From Hormiphora californensis (lineage: Eukaryota > Animalia > Ctenophora): a stretch of 64,000 nt of DNA. Below the pieces are notes generated by a model, which saw nothing but the letters and a program-made list of their open reading frames with translations, was not told the DNA's origin and searched no databases. The stretch is from positions 2,046,001 through 2,110,000 of the forward strand of contig CM035356.1 of NCBI GenBank assembly GCA_020137815.1, read 5' to 3'. The position numbers and the translations under genes are program-made. Shown here one piece after another: positions 37,601 through 51,333 of this stretch (position 1 is the first letter of the stretch; the number at the start of each line of letters is the position of its first letter).

Positions 37601-40600
37601 TTTTTTGGGTAAAAGTTCATGAATTTCATGAATTTCTGAACTATTAAACTTACTTAGTGAGCTCTCCGAATCGTCACACTTCAGGACAGATACTCTGATT
37701 TCTTCAAAGGTATAATTCTTCAGATTGGCGTTGAGTAGGATGCCCAGGTTTTGTGACATCTTAGGATCGATCACCTTCAACTCCTTCACCTTCTTCTTGG
37801 GTAGTGCGATGGCTGCTGCAGATTCTGAGAGGTATGTGGTGTTACAAATCATACCCCAAACAAAGTTACAAAAAAGGAAAGACTTTGAAATTACCTTTGA
37901 CTTGTTTTTGTGCGAATTGGCTGTTAATCTGTTTGAACAAATCGGTGTTCTCCAACTCCACCTCCCTCGTTTTAGCCCAGAAAGTTTGTTTGTTAATGGA
38001 CCTCATGGGGATCTGGGACCAGTTCAATTTCTTAACCGTTACCTGGGATAAATATGGGGATTATACTTAGATCATTCTAAATAGAGGTATAACTCAGATA
38101 AATCGTGTGATTTTATTCCATATTATAAAGATTAAAAGACGCCTGTGTGTTGATGTAAATGTAGTGCTATCACGTATAGATTTTGAGGGAGAGAGATGGG
38201 ACTCTAGAACTTAAGAAGATCTTTATAAATAGCGCTATTTATATTCACTATTATATATTTCTATTGTTCTCTCTATTTCTCTTTCCATCTCCTGTATTCC
38301 TCTCCAGGTCATGTGTCTCTCACTTTTCCGCTATGCGGGGGTACAAAAGCAAGTTTACACACAGTACAACTAGCTGTATCTTGAGATATATTAGCTCTTT
38401 TCCTTTGGATCGCTTTGCTTTGAGTATCTCCTTAAATCACCAAAATATCTGCACATTAATTATCTCAGTTCTGGTGGCCACGTTGATACGTCATGTTGAA
38501 AAACTGGCGATGCTACGGGATAGTCTTCCTCCTCATGATCCCCACTATACCCCTGGCCATCTACAAATACACACTGGTAGTGAACCTGTATGCTATTGCA
38601 GACAGTCAGGCGGTTCAGTTCCTTAACATCGCATATCTTATCATGACTATCAGGTATATGACGTCACTTTATAGGGAGTTTTTAGGGTTTAGGTTGTTCT
38701 TGAAAAAGTACCTAACTGTTGCCTTATTCGACCTTCTCTCTAGAACAAAATATCTCAACGTGTACGGGGGTTCCACAGTGGCCTTTTTCATGGGAGTAGG
38801 TGGTCATTAAGGAAAATATTTTTTTGAACCTATCTGGTAGCTTTTTTGACGTAGAATCAAATGCACCCCTCACTCATGCCTTGATTTTTTGAGGAAAGTG
38901 GTGTTTTTCCAAAAAGAAGGGTAATTGAAAAATTTTCGAAAAAATTTTTATGAGCTTATCTGGTAGCTTTTTTGACGTAGAATCAAATGCACCCCTCACT
39001 CATGCCTTGATTTTTTGAGGAAAGTGGTGTTTTTTCAAAAAGAAGGGTAATTGAAAAATTTTCGAAAAATTTTTTATGAACTTATCTGGTAGCTTTTTTG
39101 ACGTAGAATCAAATGCACCCCTCACTCATGCCTTGATTTTTTGAGGAAAGTGGTGTTTTTTCAGTTTTTAGTCTTTTTAGGCTTCTTGGACAACCATACT
39201 TAAAATTTAGCTGGAGCAGGTGAAATGGGGATCCATAACAATTTAAATGTGGTTGATAGTAAGAAATCGAACAAATTTATATCTCATTCAAAATTTTTTT
39301 TTCAAACTTCATCCAGGGCGTTTTTATGGTCAAAAAACGAAGAAAACTTGATTTTTCGACCATAATATACAAAAGTACGCACTTGAAACCTTTTTTATCT
39401 GAAAGGCCAGACAATTTCCTATCTTTTGGTCTATAGGACATCGATGAGGTTCGATGAGGAGGCTGGGGAGAAAGCGTTAAAGAAGGCGTGTTTGTTTACT
39501 TTAAAAAAACGATCTTTCAAAAGTTTGAGACCTAACTAAACACGTTTTCCGACCTTATTTTACACGTAGAATCGATTGCCGATAGAATTGGGACTCTAAT
39601 ATTGAAGGATAACGGTGAAAATCACATGTTGTTAGACCATGAATTTTGTTAAGCTTGGATTATCCGATGGGTAGACACTAGACATGTTCCTGCAAAAAGG
39701 AATTATACATTTTAACGCCTTGTAATAGTCGACCCATTCTCGCTCCTCGGAGCCCTCTAATTCACCGGCAGGTGCAGGAGCCAATCAGCAGCAGTGAGGA
39801 GAACGAAGAAGATCAGTAGATGCCCACCATTTCATTATAATCTATTATTTGCTTTTTATCTCATCATCTTGACCACTTTTATGCAAAAAAGGACCACACA
39901 AAGACGAAAAAACGTGTTTTCACCGTTATCCTTCAATATTAGAGTCCTAATTCTATCGGCAATCGATTCTACGTGTAAAATAAGGTCGGAAAACGTGTTT
40001 AGTTGGGTCTCAAACTTTTGAAAGATCGTTTTTTTAAAGTAAACAAACATGCCTTCTTTAACGCTTTCTCCCCAGCCTCCTCATCGAACCTCATCGATGT
40101 CCTATAGACCAAAAGATAGGAAATTGTCTGGCCTTTCAGATAAAAAAGGTTTCAAGTGCGTACTATTGTATATTATGGTCTAAAAATCAAGTTTTCTTCG
40201 TTTTTTGACCATAAAAACGCCCTGGATGAAGTTTGAAAAAAAAATTTTGAATGAGATATAAATTTGTTCGATTTCTTACTATCAACCACATTTAAATTGT
40301 TATGGATCCCCATTTCACCTGCTCCAGCTAAATTTTAAGTATGGTTGTCCAAGAAGCCTAAAAAGACTAAAAACTGAAAAAACACCACTTTCCTCAAAAA
40401 ATCAAGGCATGAGTGAGGGGTGCATTTGATTCTACGTCAAAAAAGCTACCAGATAAGTTCATAAAAAAATTTTCGAAAATTTTTCAATTACCCTTCTTTT
40501 TGAAAAAACACCACTTTCCTCAAAAAATCAAGGCATGAGTGAGGGGTGCATTTGATTCTACGTCAAAAAAGCTACCAGATAAGCTCATAAAAAATTTTTC

Positions 40601-43600
40601 GAAAATTTTTCAATTACCCTTCTTTTTGGAAAAACACCACTTTCCTCAAAAAATCAAGGCATGAGTGAGGGGTGCATTTGATTCTACGTCAAAAAAGCTA
40701 CCAGATAGGTGCAAAAGAAAATTTTCGTCAAATTCTTAGTGACCACCAAAAGGCCACTGTGGGTTCTAGTCTCTAGAACCAACAGTTTCGATTTAAAGAG
40801 CTGTCCTTAGCTTTCTAGCCGGTAGCCTGACAATTCCCAGTTTCTAACTCCATCCTCTCAGTGGTATGCCGGCGTCCCTCTGCTACGAGAGAGCTATGGA
40901 GATACGGCCCAGTTACCTTGTTCCCACAGTAGCCGGTATCCAGGTAAAAAGAGAGGGACATTCTGCTCGGGTGTAACTTGGAGAAATTCAAAATTCATAT
41001 TTCACCAGAGTTTTTTCAAAGTGGTTACCAAACCTCTCAATTTCTGTCTGGGTGTCTCTCTCCCCAACATCTCCCACTTTCTACCAGGGTCTATCAGCCC
41101 TGCTGTACGGTTTAATAATGTCCCGTGAGGGTGTATTTCATCCTACAACAAAACTCTTCCTGGGTATCATCACCGGTACACCCTGCTACATTATGTACTA
41201 CTTTACACGTGAGTAGTTACCATGGTTACCATGGTTACTGCAGTTTAGCTGTTACCATGGTTATTGGTTTAGCTGTTAGTTACCATTGTTACTTGTTTAG
41301 CTGTTAGTTACCATGGTTACTTTTTAGCTGTACCATGGTTACTGATTTAACTTTTGTTTAGCTTTCATGTGTGGGTTTGTAGCCTATTACCCCTGTCTCG
41401 AGGTATAAGGGGAGGGATAGGTGGCAAATGCGTGGGTGGAGATTCTAACAATGTTTCCACAACCACTTCCCTCCCAGGTAACTACATAGATCGGCACCTC
41501 ACGATAGAGATATCACGTGTCCACAAGATAGAGCTGGGGACCCTCAACTCAGCCATGACTATGACCAGCTTTGTGTTGTTGGCCCTCTTTTCAATGCTGA
41601 CTGGGAAACTTTTTGCGGCATTCTCCCTCCGAGATGCGACACTACTTGCAGGGGGAATCTGCGGGGCTACCTGCATCCTAACTGCAGTGTTATTAACTGT
41701 TGCTCTCCGGCCCTTCGCAGCCATACCAGAAAATAAGAAGCGGGGTGAGAGGAACACATTCGCACAGTTTGGTAACCAATGGCAACGCTTCAAATCAATC
41801 CCCATCCTCAAGATAATAGTGGCTGTGGTAGTAGGACGGTGTGTGCTAAAGGGCAGTTATTACGATTACATCCTGTTAGAATGTGGACTAACACAGGAGC
41901 AACTCAGTTGGAATATTGCTGCGTTTTATGTCATGTTGGCTATCGGTTCAATCATCAACATACACAAGAAGAAGCTAGGTTTCACAGACCAGTATATCCC
42001 TATTTATGCCCATTTCAAGGTCTGGCAATTAGCCAGCGCTGTGTATCTCTCTGTCGCCTACTACTTTGTGATATTCCTACCGTGGTACCAGGGTGGGGAA
42101 CTATTGCCTACTGCTGCTACTGCACTAATGGAGACGCTCCCTAACTCTACTCAAAGTGAGATCATTCCAACAGAGATGGTGACGGAAGCAGCTGGATCAG
42201 GGGGTATAGCCCTGTGGCTAATAATATTTATCTTCTCAACTCTCCTCCTCGCAGCATTTGCAGAGTTCGAGGTACTTGTTATGAACGAATTCTACCAGAT
42301 AAACATCCCTAAGGAGGATCGAGGTGCGATTGTGGGGGTGGACGAGGTTCTAACCCTGATCCTTCTCTCTGCTCAAAGTGGCCTGGGTCTGTTCCTGGAG
42401 GAACAATGGCTGATGACGGAGATGTTCATTCTCCATCTGACTGTGGTGACGGCAGGTTTGGTACTGAGTGTGTGGTACTTGATTGTGGATGATAAGAGAG
42501 TGACGAGTAATAAACTCCACCGTGGAGAGGAATCCCCATTAATGACTATTGACTGAAGTAGTGTAGTGGTGAATATACCGGGCTAATTGTAATTATGATA
42601 GTCACCGTAACAATTGATCATGATTTGCGTTCCGTGTTTAACTTGTTTTTAGACCGGATTCTGAACCATATTCCAAAGTGTGTATTTGTGTGTATTTGAT
42701 TGAGATTCTAAATTGTGGATTTGATAATTCCTATTTCTTACCGGTAACGTGTATGTTTTCTTCTTCGTAACACCCTCAGGAAGAGCGTTCCTGCCCGCAG
42801 CTGCACCCGGGGCACGGGGAGGTCCAGGGGCGCCCGGTGCTCGTGGTGGACCTGGTGCTCGGGGTGCGCCTGGTGCTCTAGGTGCTCCTGGGGCGGGAGG
42901 GGCACCAGGTGCAGGCGGGGCTCCTGGGGCTCGGGGTGCACCCGGCGCAGGGGGCGCTCGAGGGGCACCGGGTGCTGGTGGCGCTCGTGGGGCGCCAGGG
43001 GCTGGTGGTGCACCTGAAGGGATTGATTGTTAGGGAAGAGAAGGAAGACATGGTTCTATAATACCACGAAACATCACTATTAAATGCCCATTCTAAACCA
43101 CCCAGTATTACGTGGTGCACCAGGAACTGGCGGGGCTGGTGGCGCTCCGGGAACACGGGGAGCAGGAGGAGCTGGAGGGGCACCGGGGACCGCTGAAATA
43201 AAACAAGTTCATCTTTAGTTTGTTGTCATGTTGGTTCCAGTCGAGTCGTCATTCGTCCAGTCAGTCAAACAGTCAGGTCAGCATTCAGCAAGTCGAGGAT
43301 GGTCCAGGAGAGTCAAATTATGTGATGTTGTCAGGCTGACAAGTTAGTCCAGGGGGTCTAACAAGTAGAGACGAGGACCCAGCTAGTCGAGGGCGTCCAA
43401 GTTTCCCCCAACAACCCATGATCTCTCTTTTTTAGCACAAAAAGCAGTTGTCATTCCCTTGTCCACAGTCTAGTCACTAATAATTGTATCACATGACTAA
43501 CTAACAATATTACTCACGGGGTGCAGGTGGAGCTCGAGGGGCACCAGGAACGGGTGGGGCAGGGGGTGCACCGGGGACTGGGGCTCCTGATCGGGGTCCT

Positions 43601-46600
43601 GCCGCTGCTGCTGCAACTGCACGGTCTTTCTGAAATTAGGAAATAGAAGCTGACGTGAACCGTTCAAACAGGACAAATTGGAATGTTCAATGTACCAATA
43701 TCAAATATAAGTGTCCCTTCTAAGCACTCAAAACTCTGAAATAAAATGATCCTAAAATTATTACCTCAGCCAGAATCGCCTTCTTCTCTTCCTCAAACTT
43801 GGCCATTTTTGCCTGGTACTCTACAAAGGCTTTAGAATACTTTCCCTCAGCCTCCTCCAGTTCCTTGGTTCGATTTGCAAGCTCCTGCTCCAACCCTACC
43901 TTGGCCTTTTCCAGTTCTTTCAACCGCTGTTCTTCAACCAATGTTTCTAATAGGAGAAGACATGTGTCAAAGTTGTTTATTTGGGGTTAGAATGATGGTC
44001 TTGGATGAGTTCTTATTCAAGCCCCGTCCTATTCTAATTTCTAATTTCGATAAATTATTGTCGTTTTAGCACTTACCGATGACATTTTCAATGTTACAAT
44101 CCTCCAGTCTTTTAACCTTGAAATCAGGGTCTACCCCTGACTTTTGGAGGACTATCTGGCTGATCACATCGTCAATTAGCCGGAAATACTGTGGCCTGGT
44201 GGAGGGGGATTGTATTTAAATTATCTCGGTAAAATATGTCTGTACAGAAATATAGTACAGAAATCTAGTACAGAAATCTAGTATAGAAACACGAGAGGGG
44301 AAAGGTATAAATTCGAGACCCGATAAATTGAAAGTATACTTGTTGGTTGTATTCCTGCCTAATTTTACTCACTTGGCTTCAGGGTCATCCCTAATTAGAA
44401 CGAAATGTTGAAGGATAGAAAGAAGTGATCCCTCGACCTCGGTATGTTTCGCCATGTTGAATATGATCTGGAACAGCTCAAATGGATCCTCAAACTCGCT
44501 CTGAATGTCTCCAAACTTTTGCTGAGGGGAAAAGATGTCAGTGGATCTTAGTGGATCAAAACTGAGAGGGAGATTGGAGCATGAAATGCATGTTTCAGTG
44601 GAAATTCCGGCGGGGGAGTGACAGTATGTCTTTGAGAAATGAGAAGGATAGGGGAGAGACAGTGAGAGGGAGTAGCTCTTACCGTTAATTCGTGATGATC
44701 ATCCTCCTGATTGTTGTCTAGCACTGTAATCTGAACAAACAGCTCGTCATCCTCTACACTCCTATAAAACACAAGTTGTCAACGGGGGGACACTCCTATA
44801 AAACACAAGTTGTCAGGGGGGGGGGACACTCCTATAAAACACAAGTTGTCAGGGGGGGGGGGGACATTCCTATAAAACACAAGTTGTCAGGGGGGGGGGG
44901 GGACATTCCTATAAAACACAAGTTTTCAAGGCTATTCATTCAATCAATTATCAATAATAGTTTAGACGCTCTGCGTTGCGGTTGAAGGGCCGCCTAATTT
45001 AAGATACACAATACCTCAAGTTAGGATCTGAGTCTGACCTGTTGAGATCTCTGAGGCTGGGTATCACGTGACGCAGTCCACAGTTCATTAACTCATTCCG
45101 GATATGCATTCGGAATTCAAGCTCACTCGGAAACGTCGTTAGAGAATTTGCAAGCTGTGATAGAGATTAAATTAAACTAAATTGAATCACACCAGAAATA
45201 TTAGGTCATTCGGTAAATATCTGGACAGGTATGATTGTGAGAGAACGGAGCCAGATAGAGCCAAGCGACCTGTTCCAGCGTCTTCCTTGGACATTTTTAG
45301 GTTGGACTAGGGTGGTGGGAACCTTCGCCTGCTGGCAGTATTGCCTCACGAGCAATATGTTTCAATGCTACTCTAGCTGCCGCTTTATGCAAGAAAAAAC
45401 TGTGGCACTACGGATGACTGAATATGTCATGGCATTTTCTCTATTGTGGACAGATGATCGGTTTGACCAGTGTTCCTAGATCACTTTTTAAGCCTGAATA
45501 TGATGCAACCATAATTGAAGCGTTTAGATTCCATCTTCATCCTTAAAAATTGGATTTTTGCCAAAATTGCGCCTTGCGCACTTCATGGCCGTTTTTGTAC
45601 GTTCTAAACGTCTAAATGACTTGAATCCAACGTTAAATGTTAGCTCATACAATTTTCTAGGTCCTATGTTAGTTTTATTACGATCGGTCAATGGATACTT
45701 GGCTCATGGCGGCTTTTTTCAACATTTGTAAAAAAATTAAAATCCAGCTTTACCAAATCTAGCGAAAATCGCTTCCCCATGCTAGAAATTTTATCCAAAA
45801 ATTTCAGGAAGGTTTATGGAGTATCTCAAGGCATTTAATAAGCAATATATAGGGTTAAAAACTTTCCGAATTATCCGGAAGTAGGTCATATTGGTCCAAA
45901 ATTGAGCATAAAGCGGCAGCTAGAGTAGCATTGAAACATATTGCTCGTGAGGCAATACTGCCAGCAGGCGAAGGTTCCCACCATCCTAGTCCAACCTAAA
46001 AATGTCCAAGGAAGACGCTGGAACAGGTCGCTTGGCTCTATCTGGCTCCGTTCTCTCACAAACATACCTGTCCAGATATTTACCGAATGACCTAATAAGA
46101 AATTCCCCCATGATCACACCAGAAATAAGAAATTCCCCCATGATCCATATTATATCTTCGTCATTCCCCCAAGATTTTATACCGTTAAAATTCCGATGGT
46201 TAATTGTTGAGGGGCATGTTCTGCTTTTAGGTTATCCACTAAAACCTGAAACCTTGGCCTCCCTGTTTGCTCTCCATAACTCGACAGAGCCTCTAAAACT
46301 GCCTGATGCCTGGGGGATGGGGGTGATAATCAAATCACAAGTTCCCAACATCCCTTTATCTGTCGTTGAAATCACCAAATACAAATGCCCCCAATCATCA
46401 TGAACTATCAGTTAACTCCAAACCATCCCAATTTGTTATCCACTTCACCCCTATAATTGTACTACCAGACAGATCAACTCACCCTTCATCGCTGACATAA
46501 CTAACAGCGGCGAGGATCCGCAACACTTCCGTCATCATGACGTGGTTCCGGGGATCAAGACACTTTGTCAGCAGCAACATACCCTCCTTGTTCTTCATCA

Positions 46601-49600
46601 TAGACATCAAACCGTACTGATGGGATATGGGGGTGTTAATATACCCTCCCGTACTATTCAACAGTAGGGGGTTGTTGGATTTGAAGAGATGGTGAGGTGT
46701 TGTCAGGTTTTATTCATGTTATTGGATATGGGAGATGATTTCAACCAATAACAGAGCTAGGGCACTGCAATTTTTCACTCGTACCCTGTACACATGGCAC
46801 TGTAAATTATTGTCAATATAATTCACTCAGAGTACGTACCTTGTTGTTCATGAATACTTTGAGGCACTTGACACACTCGTGTGTTACTTCACAATAGTCC
46901 CGTTCCTGACTCTTTTTCAGCCAGTTTAATAACAGCTCTAAACCGTTATCCTTACCTGTAAAACGTGTTTACAGTTAGAATTGGGTTAGGAAATGTCACC
47001 TATATGATCTTAGAGAGAAACATTTCATCAACATCAAATCAGAAATATGTGGTGCTCTGATGAATTACTAACCAAAGTTTTTCAGCCACGATATCGTGTA
47101 ACTTTGAAGACTAACTCTCAGCGCTTCCAGTGCTTTCCGACTCGTGTCTTTGTCCATTTCCTTCCGTAGCTCATGTGTAAAGTACTCAGGTGTACCTCTT
47201 TTAGGACCATCTGCATTCTGTGGATTTCGTTACTGTATAAACTACCTGATATCACTGACTAACCCTCCAAATATATCAAGAACTACTGTCGTTGTGCCTC
47301 CCAATTCCACATTCCTGTCCCACTAGTACTGGGACAGGAATCAACAGAATTGGGAGGCACGACACCTACCTCCGCAGGTTCTGCCACCACGTTCTCCTTC
47401 AGACTTTTGTAGTGATTAGACAGCATGTTCTTTTGTAGTGCTGTAGTCATCTTCCGAATGGGTGTTCTCTTTTGATCAGGAACATTCATATCGTCCTGAA
47501 AGAATGAACAGTTATTGACTTGTATTGTTATGTTATAACCCTCCTTTGCATTTGTGCGGTGAAACAGGGTCGAGCAAGGCACGGCTTGTAGAGGTAATAG
47601 AGTATTTTATATATTGGATTGGGATATATTCCCTCTCTTTTGTGATGTCACATCGTGACGTCATTAACTAATAGTTAAGTTATCACCACCTACCATCATT
47701 TTCTCCAACTCAGTTTTCAGCTCATCTGCCCCCATGTTCTCCACCCTCTCATCAGAGACATCGTCCGCCCCTCCTGTGTGGTGTGGAGGATTGAGAAATA
47801 TAATTGGGATTGTATACTATGAGTCTTTATCATAATACGGCAAAGTAAAACATACACTAATTTGGTAGTATCGTTGTGTATAAAGCTACTAACCAGAGGG
47901 ATTTTGGGCGGGTTTAGGGGCAGAGATGGCATCTCCCTTTTTGATTCTCTTATCCTTTACCATTGAGATGGTGGTGCGAGGGGCGGAGTTTCCTCAGTGT
48001 GCCCCTTCTAATCACATGCTAAACGCTGGCAATCAGTGGTTAGGGGGTTGGAGAGAGGCAGTCAGAAGTGGTTAGGGGGTTGGAGAGAGCTGAGAGGCAG
48101 TCAGAAGTGGTTAGGGGGTTGGAGAGAGCTGAGAGGCAGTCAGAAGTGGTTAGGGGGTTGGAGAGAGCTGAGAGGCAGTCAGAAGTGGTTAGGGGGTTGG
48201 AGAGAGCTGAGAGGCAGTAAGAAGTGGTTAGGGGGTTGGAGAGAGCTGAGAGGCAGTCAGAAGTGGTTAGGGGGTTGGAGAGAGCTGAGAGGCAGTAAGA
48301 AGTGGTTAGGGGGAGTCATGTCGCAGTTAGAAGTTGTATGGAGGGACAGGAAGTGGGGTAGTTAGAAGTGTTAGAGTAGTTTGTACCGGGGTAAAACACT
48401 AAACAGAGACGCACAAATAAAAACCACATTTAATTGATTCAGAGTGGGACATATATCTCTCCCGCTGCTATATACACACAGTATATTAAGTGTTTTGTAT
48501 GTGTGTGCAGCAGAGGTCAATTGTTTTGCAGCGTGCAGGCTGAATTGCCCCCCAAATTAAAAAAGGGGCCGCGGGCCAAGAGGGCCCATTCTGTGTGTGT
48601 AAGGTAAAGGGGAGGGACGCGCATGATAAATGCTGACATCAAGAACGGTAAAGAATTCTGTTGTGCGCGCGTTACATCGTCCCAGTGTGTGTATCGCTAC
48701 TGCTGCAGCTGGAGGCGGCAGTGTGTAGATCGATCTTTTGGGTTTGGTTGTGTGTGTGTGAGTGTGTCCTTTCACACACAGCAGTAGAGACAGCAGATAT
48801 ATCAACTGACAGGAAGAGAGATGTTGTTCAGGCCTTTGTTCGATACATCTACATACAATACCTGCCGAGAGAGAGGTAGGATGTTTAATGGAAGAGTGTG
48901 TGTGTTATGGGAAAGGAACTAAACAATTACATGTAGGTACATTTGTGTACAAACTACACAATCAGGACAAAGCTCACAACAAATAACAACCCTGCTGCAA
49001 AATGGGAAAAGCAAAAGGGCAAAAAATAGGATATTGAGTACGAGTAACTCAAGCTAATATTCCATCGAAATCATATATCACCCACCTATCACTTTTCTGC
49101 TTTCTCCTTCTGTCTAACATCTCCTCGTGAAACCTGCCTTCCTTTCGAGCAGACTTTAGTTCTTTTGTACCCTGAAATGGGATAAAATTAGATATTGAGA
49201 TACAAGGGGAGGGGAGAAGAAAAAAAGAAATACGGTGGCAAAATTAGACATGTCAAAAATGTCCTCTCCATGGTCCCTCTCATTACACGAAGTATATTTT
49301 ATATCCCTGTATATATCAGATATACACACACAACAAGCCAATCCATCTGTGTCTATATTTTTGCTGTTGTCTGTCTCTCTCTGTGTTAACAGGTGTGCAG
49401 ATTGCCGTTTATATCCCGGCACCCCCCTGCTGCATCGTGTAAACCAAACACCTCATCAAATGGTATAACAGTAGTCAATTTCAAAACATATAGCTAGTCA
49501 ACATTATATGATAACAGTGCAGTCACTTTCAAAACATCATACACAGTTATCAGTCACTTTCAAAATATCATACACAACTAGGGCTCAGTACTATAAAGTT

Positions 49601-50072
49601 GACTAGCTGCTCAACTTATGATACCGATCCCTACTTCACCAGGGAAGATGCTGGTAGTAGTCTGCACGGTAAACTATACTGTCACTAAATTATGCTATCT
49701 CTCTCATGATTTATATGACGGATGACACCCAAAATGACATACTCCGTACTCGATCATAACTAACGTTACTACGTTAAGTCATCATCACTCCGGGCCCTCC
49801 TGTTATAGGTCACAGAACGTGGGCAGAACGTCCAAACTAGAATATATCAACCAAATATTAAATAAACAACCAAAATAATATCAAATTGCAGGATGTATAT
49901 GCAGATTTAATCAGAGATTAAATATGGTTAACTTTTTTAAATAGAATCTCACCTTGTCTGAAATTTTGAGTTTTTTGTCCTGGAATTTCTGGTAGAGTTT
50001 CACATAATTCACTTCATACTCCCGAGCACTTCCCTTTTTCTCCTTTTCCGCAAGGGTCTCCTGTTTTCGAAC
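34622..50072 (-). CDS. DIAPH: Diaphanous-related formin (GBD/FH3, coiled coil, FH1, FH2, DAD); 5' end not resolved
   Basis: [83 protein letters not shown]-terminus ALERVKAL*. Confidence 0.9.
38493..42556 (+). CDS. Nested multi-pass membrane protein, MFS-like (exons 38493-38653, 40862-40943, 41088-41208, 41478-42556; ~480 aa)
   Basis: In-frame GT-AG junctions, ~12 hydrophobic segments, [14 protein letters not shown]-type motif; lies inside formin intron 38043-42741. Confidence 0.75.
38774..40761. mobile_element. Transib-like non-autonomous foldback element
   Basis: CACAGTG termini, 5-bp TSD GGTTC, ~850-bp inverted arms each with ~3 x 126-bp subterminal repeats. Confidence 0.9.
44757..44925. 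repeat. Minisatellite with variable G tract, ~5 copies
   Basis: CCTATAAAACACAAGTTGTCAG(n)ACA units. Confidence 0.9.
45201..46095. mobile_element. mariner/Tc1-like MITE
   Basis: TA TSD, ~180-bp TIR TTAGGTCATTCGG; uninterrupted copy of the target repeat at 46111-46143. Confidence 0.88.
48036..48312. repeat. 39-bp G-rich minisatellite, ~7 copies
   Basis: GTGGTTAGGGGGTTGGAGAGAGCTGAGAGGCAGTCAGAA units. Confidence 0.95.
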
Positions 50073-50267
50073 CTGAGAAAAAACAATTAAAAATAACAAA
50101 TAAGAAGTTGAAATGTTAGATCTATAGGTAGAATAAAGCATAAAAAGTAGAGCATCTTTCTTCTTCAATGCGTTTGATCAACTGCCAACTAAGTGGGAGG
50201 ATGTGAGTGTACAAATGTTAGGATTATGAATTAGACGAAGGAGCTGTTGGTTGCAAGGGGCAACCGG

Positions 50268-50448
<181 letters not shown>

Positions 50449-51301
50449 GAACAGTAGAACACCCCTAACTCTCACTCTCCAAAGATGAAGCCGCCAGCGG
50501 ACAGGACTCAGAGAGACCTATTTTCTTGTTGAGTGGGTGTTGAATGAGTACATACAATATAATCACATGGAAAGCAAAGACACAATCTAGACAAAACTAA
50601 GAAAATGTCCACACAGCGATATGCCCCACGGAGAAGAAAATTACTGTAATTTAGAGGTCCAAACACTCGAAGACAACGTTACTACTGCAGCAGAGATAAA
50701 GAGGAGGGGGCGATATATAGTTCATGATTACCCTCTGACACATGGTTCCCTGCTTCTAATGATCTAGCGAGACAGAGGGGTCCATATAATGATCACTTAC
50801 ATCGTCTAGTTATATACCCTGATACACAAGGTCTTGCTTTTTGGCGCTGTTGAAACTTGAAAGTTTCAAAACATTTTTATTTGATTGAAAGATAAGTTTC
50901 GTATGTTGAGTACCATTCAAAGAAGTGGGAAGAAGAGCGGGATCTCCCTCTCTGGCCTCTAGCCGAGACCTTGGCCTTGCATTACATACAGTTGTAGTGG
51001 ATAATTATTATGATGCAATTCCCTATGCACGTGATCCCATGTAGTTTGGGATATCTCTCTCTCTTTCTCTCTTTTTCTCCCAATCTATTTTTTTTTCTCT
51101 TTCTCTCTCTCTCTCTTTCTCTCTTTTTCTCCCAATCTATTTTTTTTCTCTCTTTCTCTCTCTCTCTCTTTCTCTCTTTTTCTCCCAATCTATTTTTTTT
51201 CTCTCTTTCTCTCTCTCTCTCTTTCTCTCTTTTTCTCCCAATCTATTTTTTTTCTCTCTTTCTCTCTCTCTCTCTTTCTCTCTTTTTCTCCCAATCTATT
51301 T

Positions 51302-51333
<32 letters not shown>

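Noticed and set aside
42749-43033. Collagen-like GAPGAR ORF on the plus strand
   Set aside because: Antisense reading of the formin FH1 exon.
48036-48312. Interstitial telomere
   Set aside because: Only one TTAGGG per 39-bp unit.
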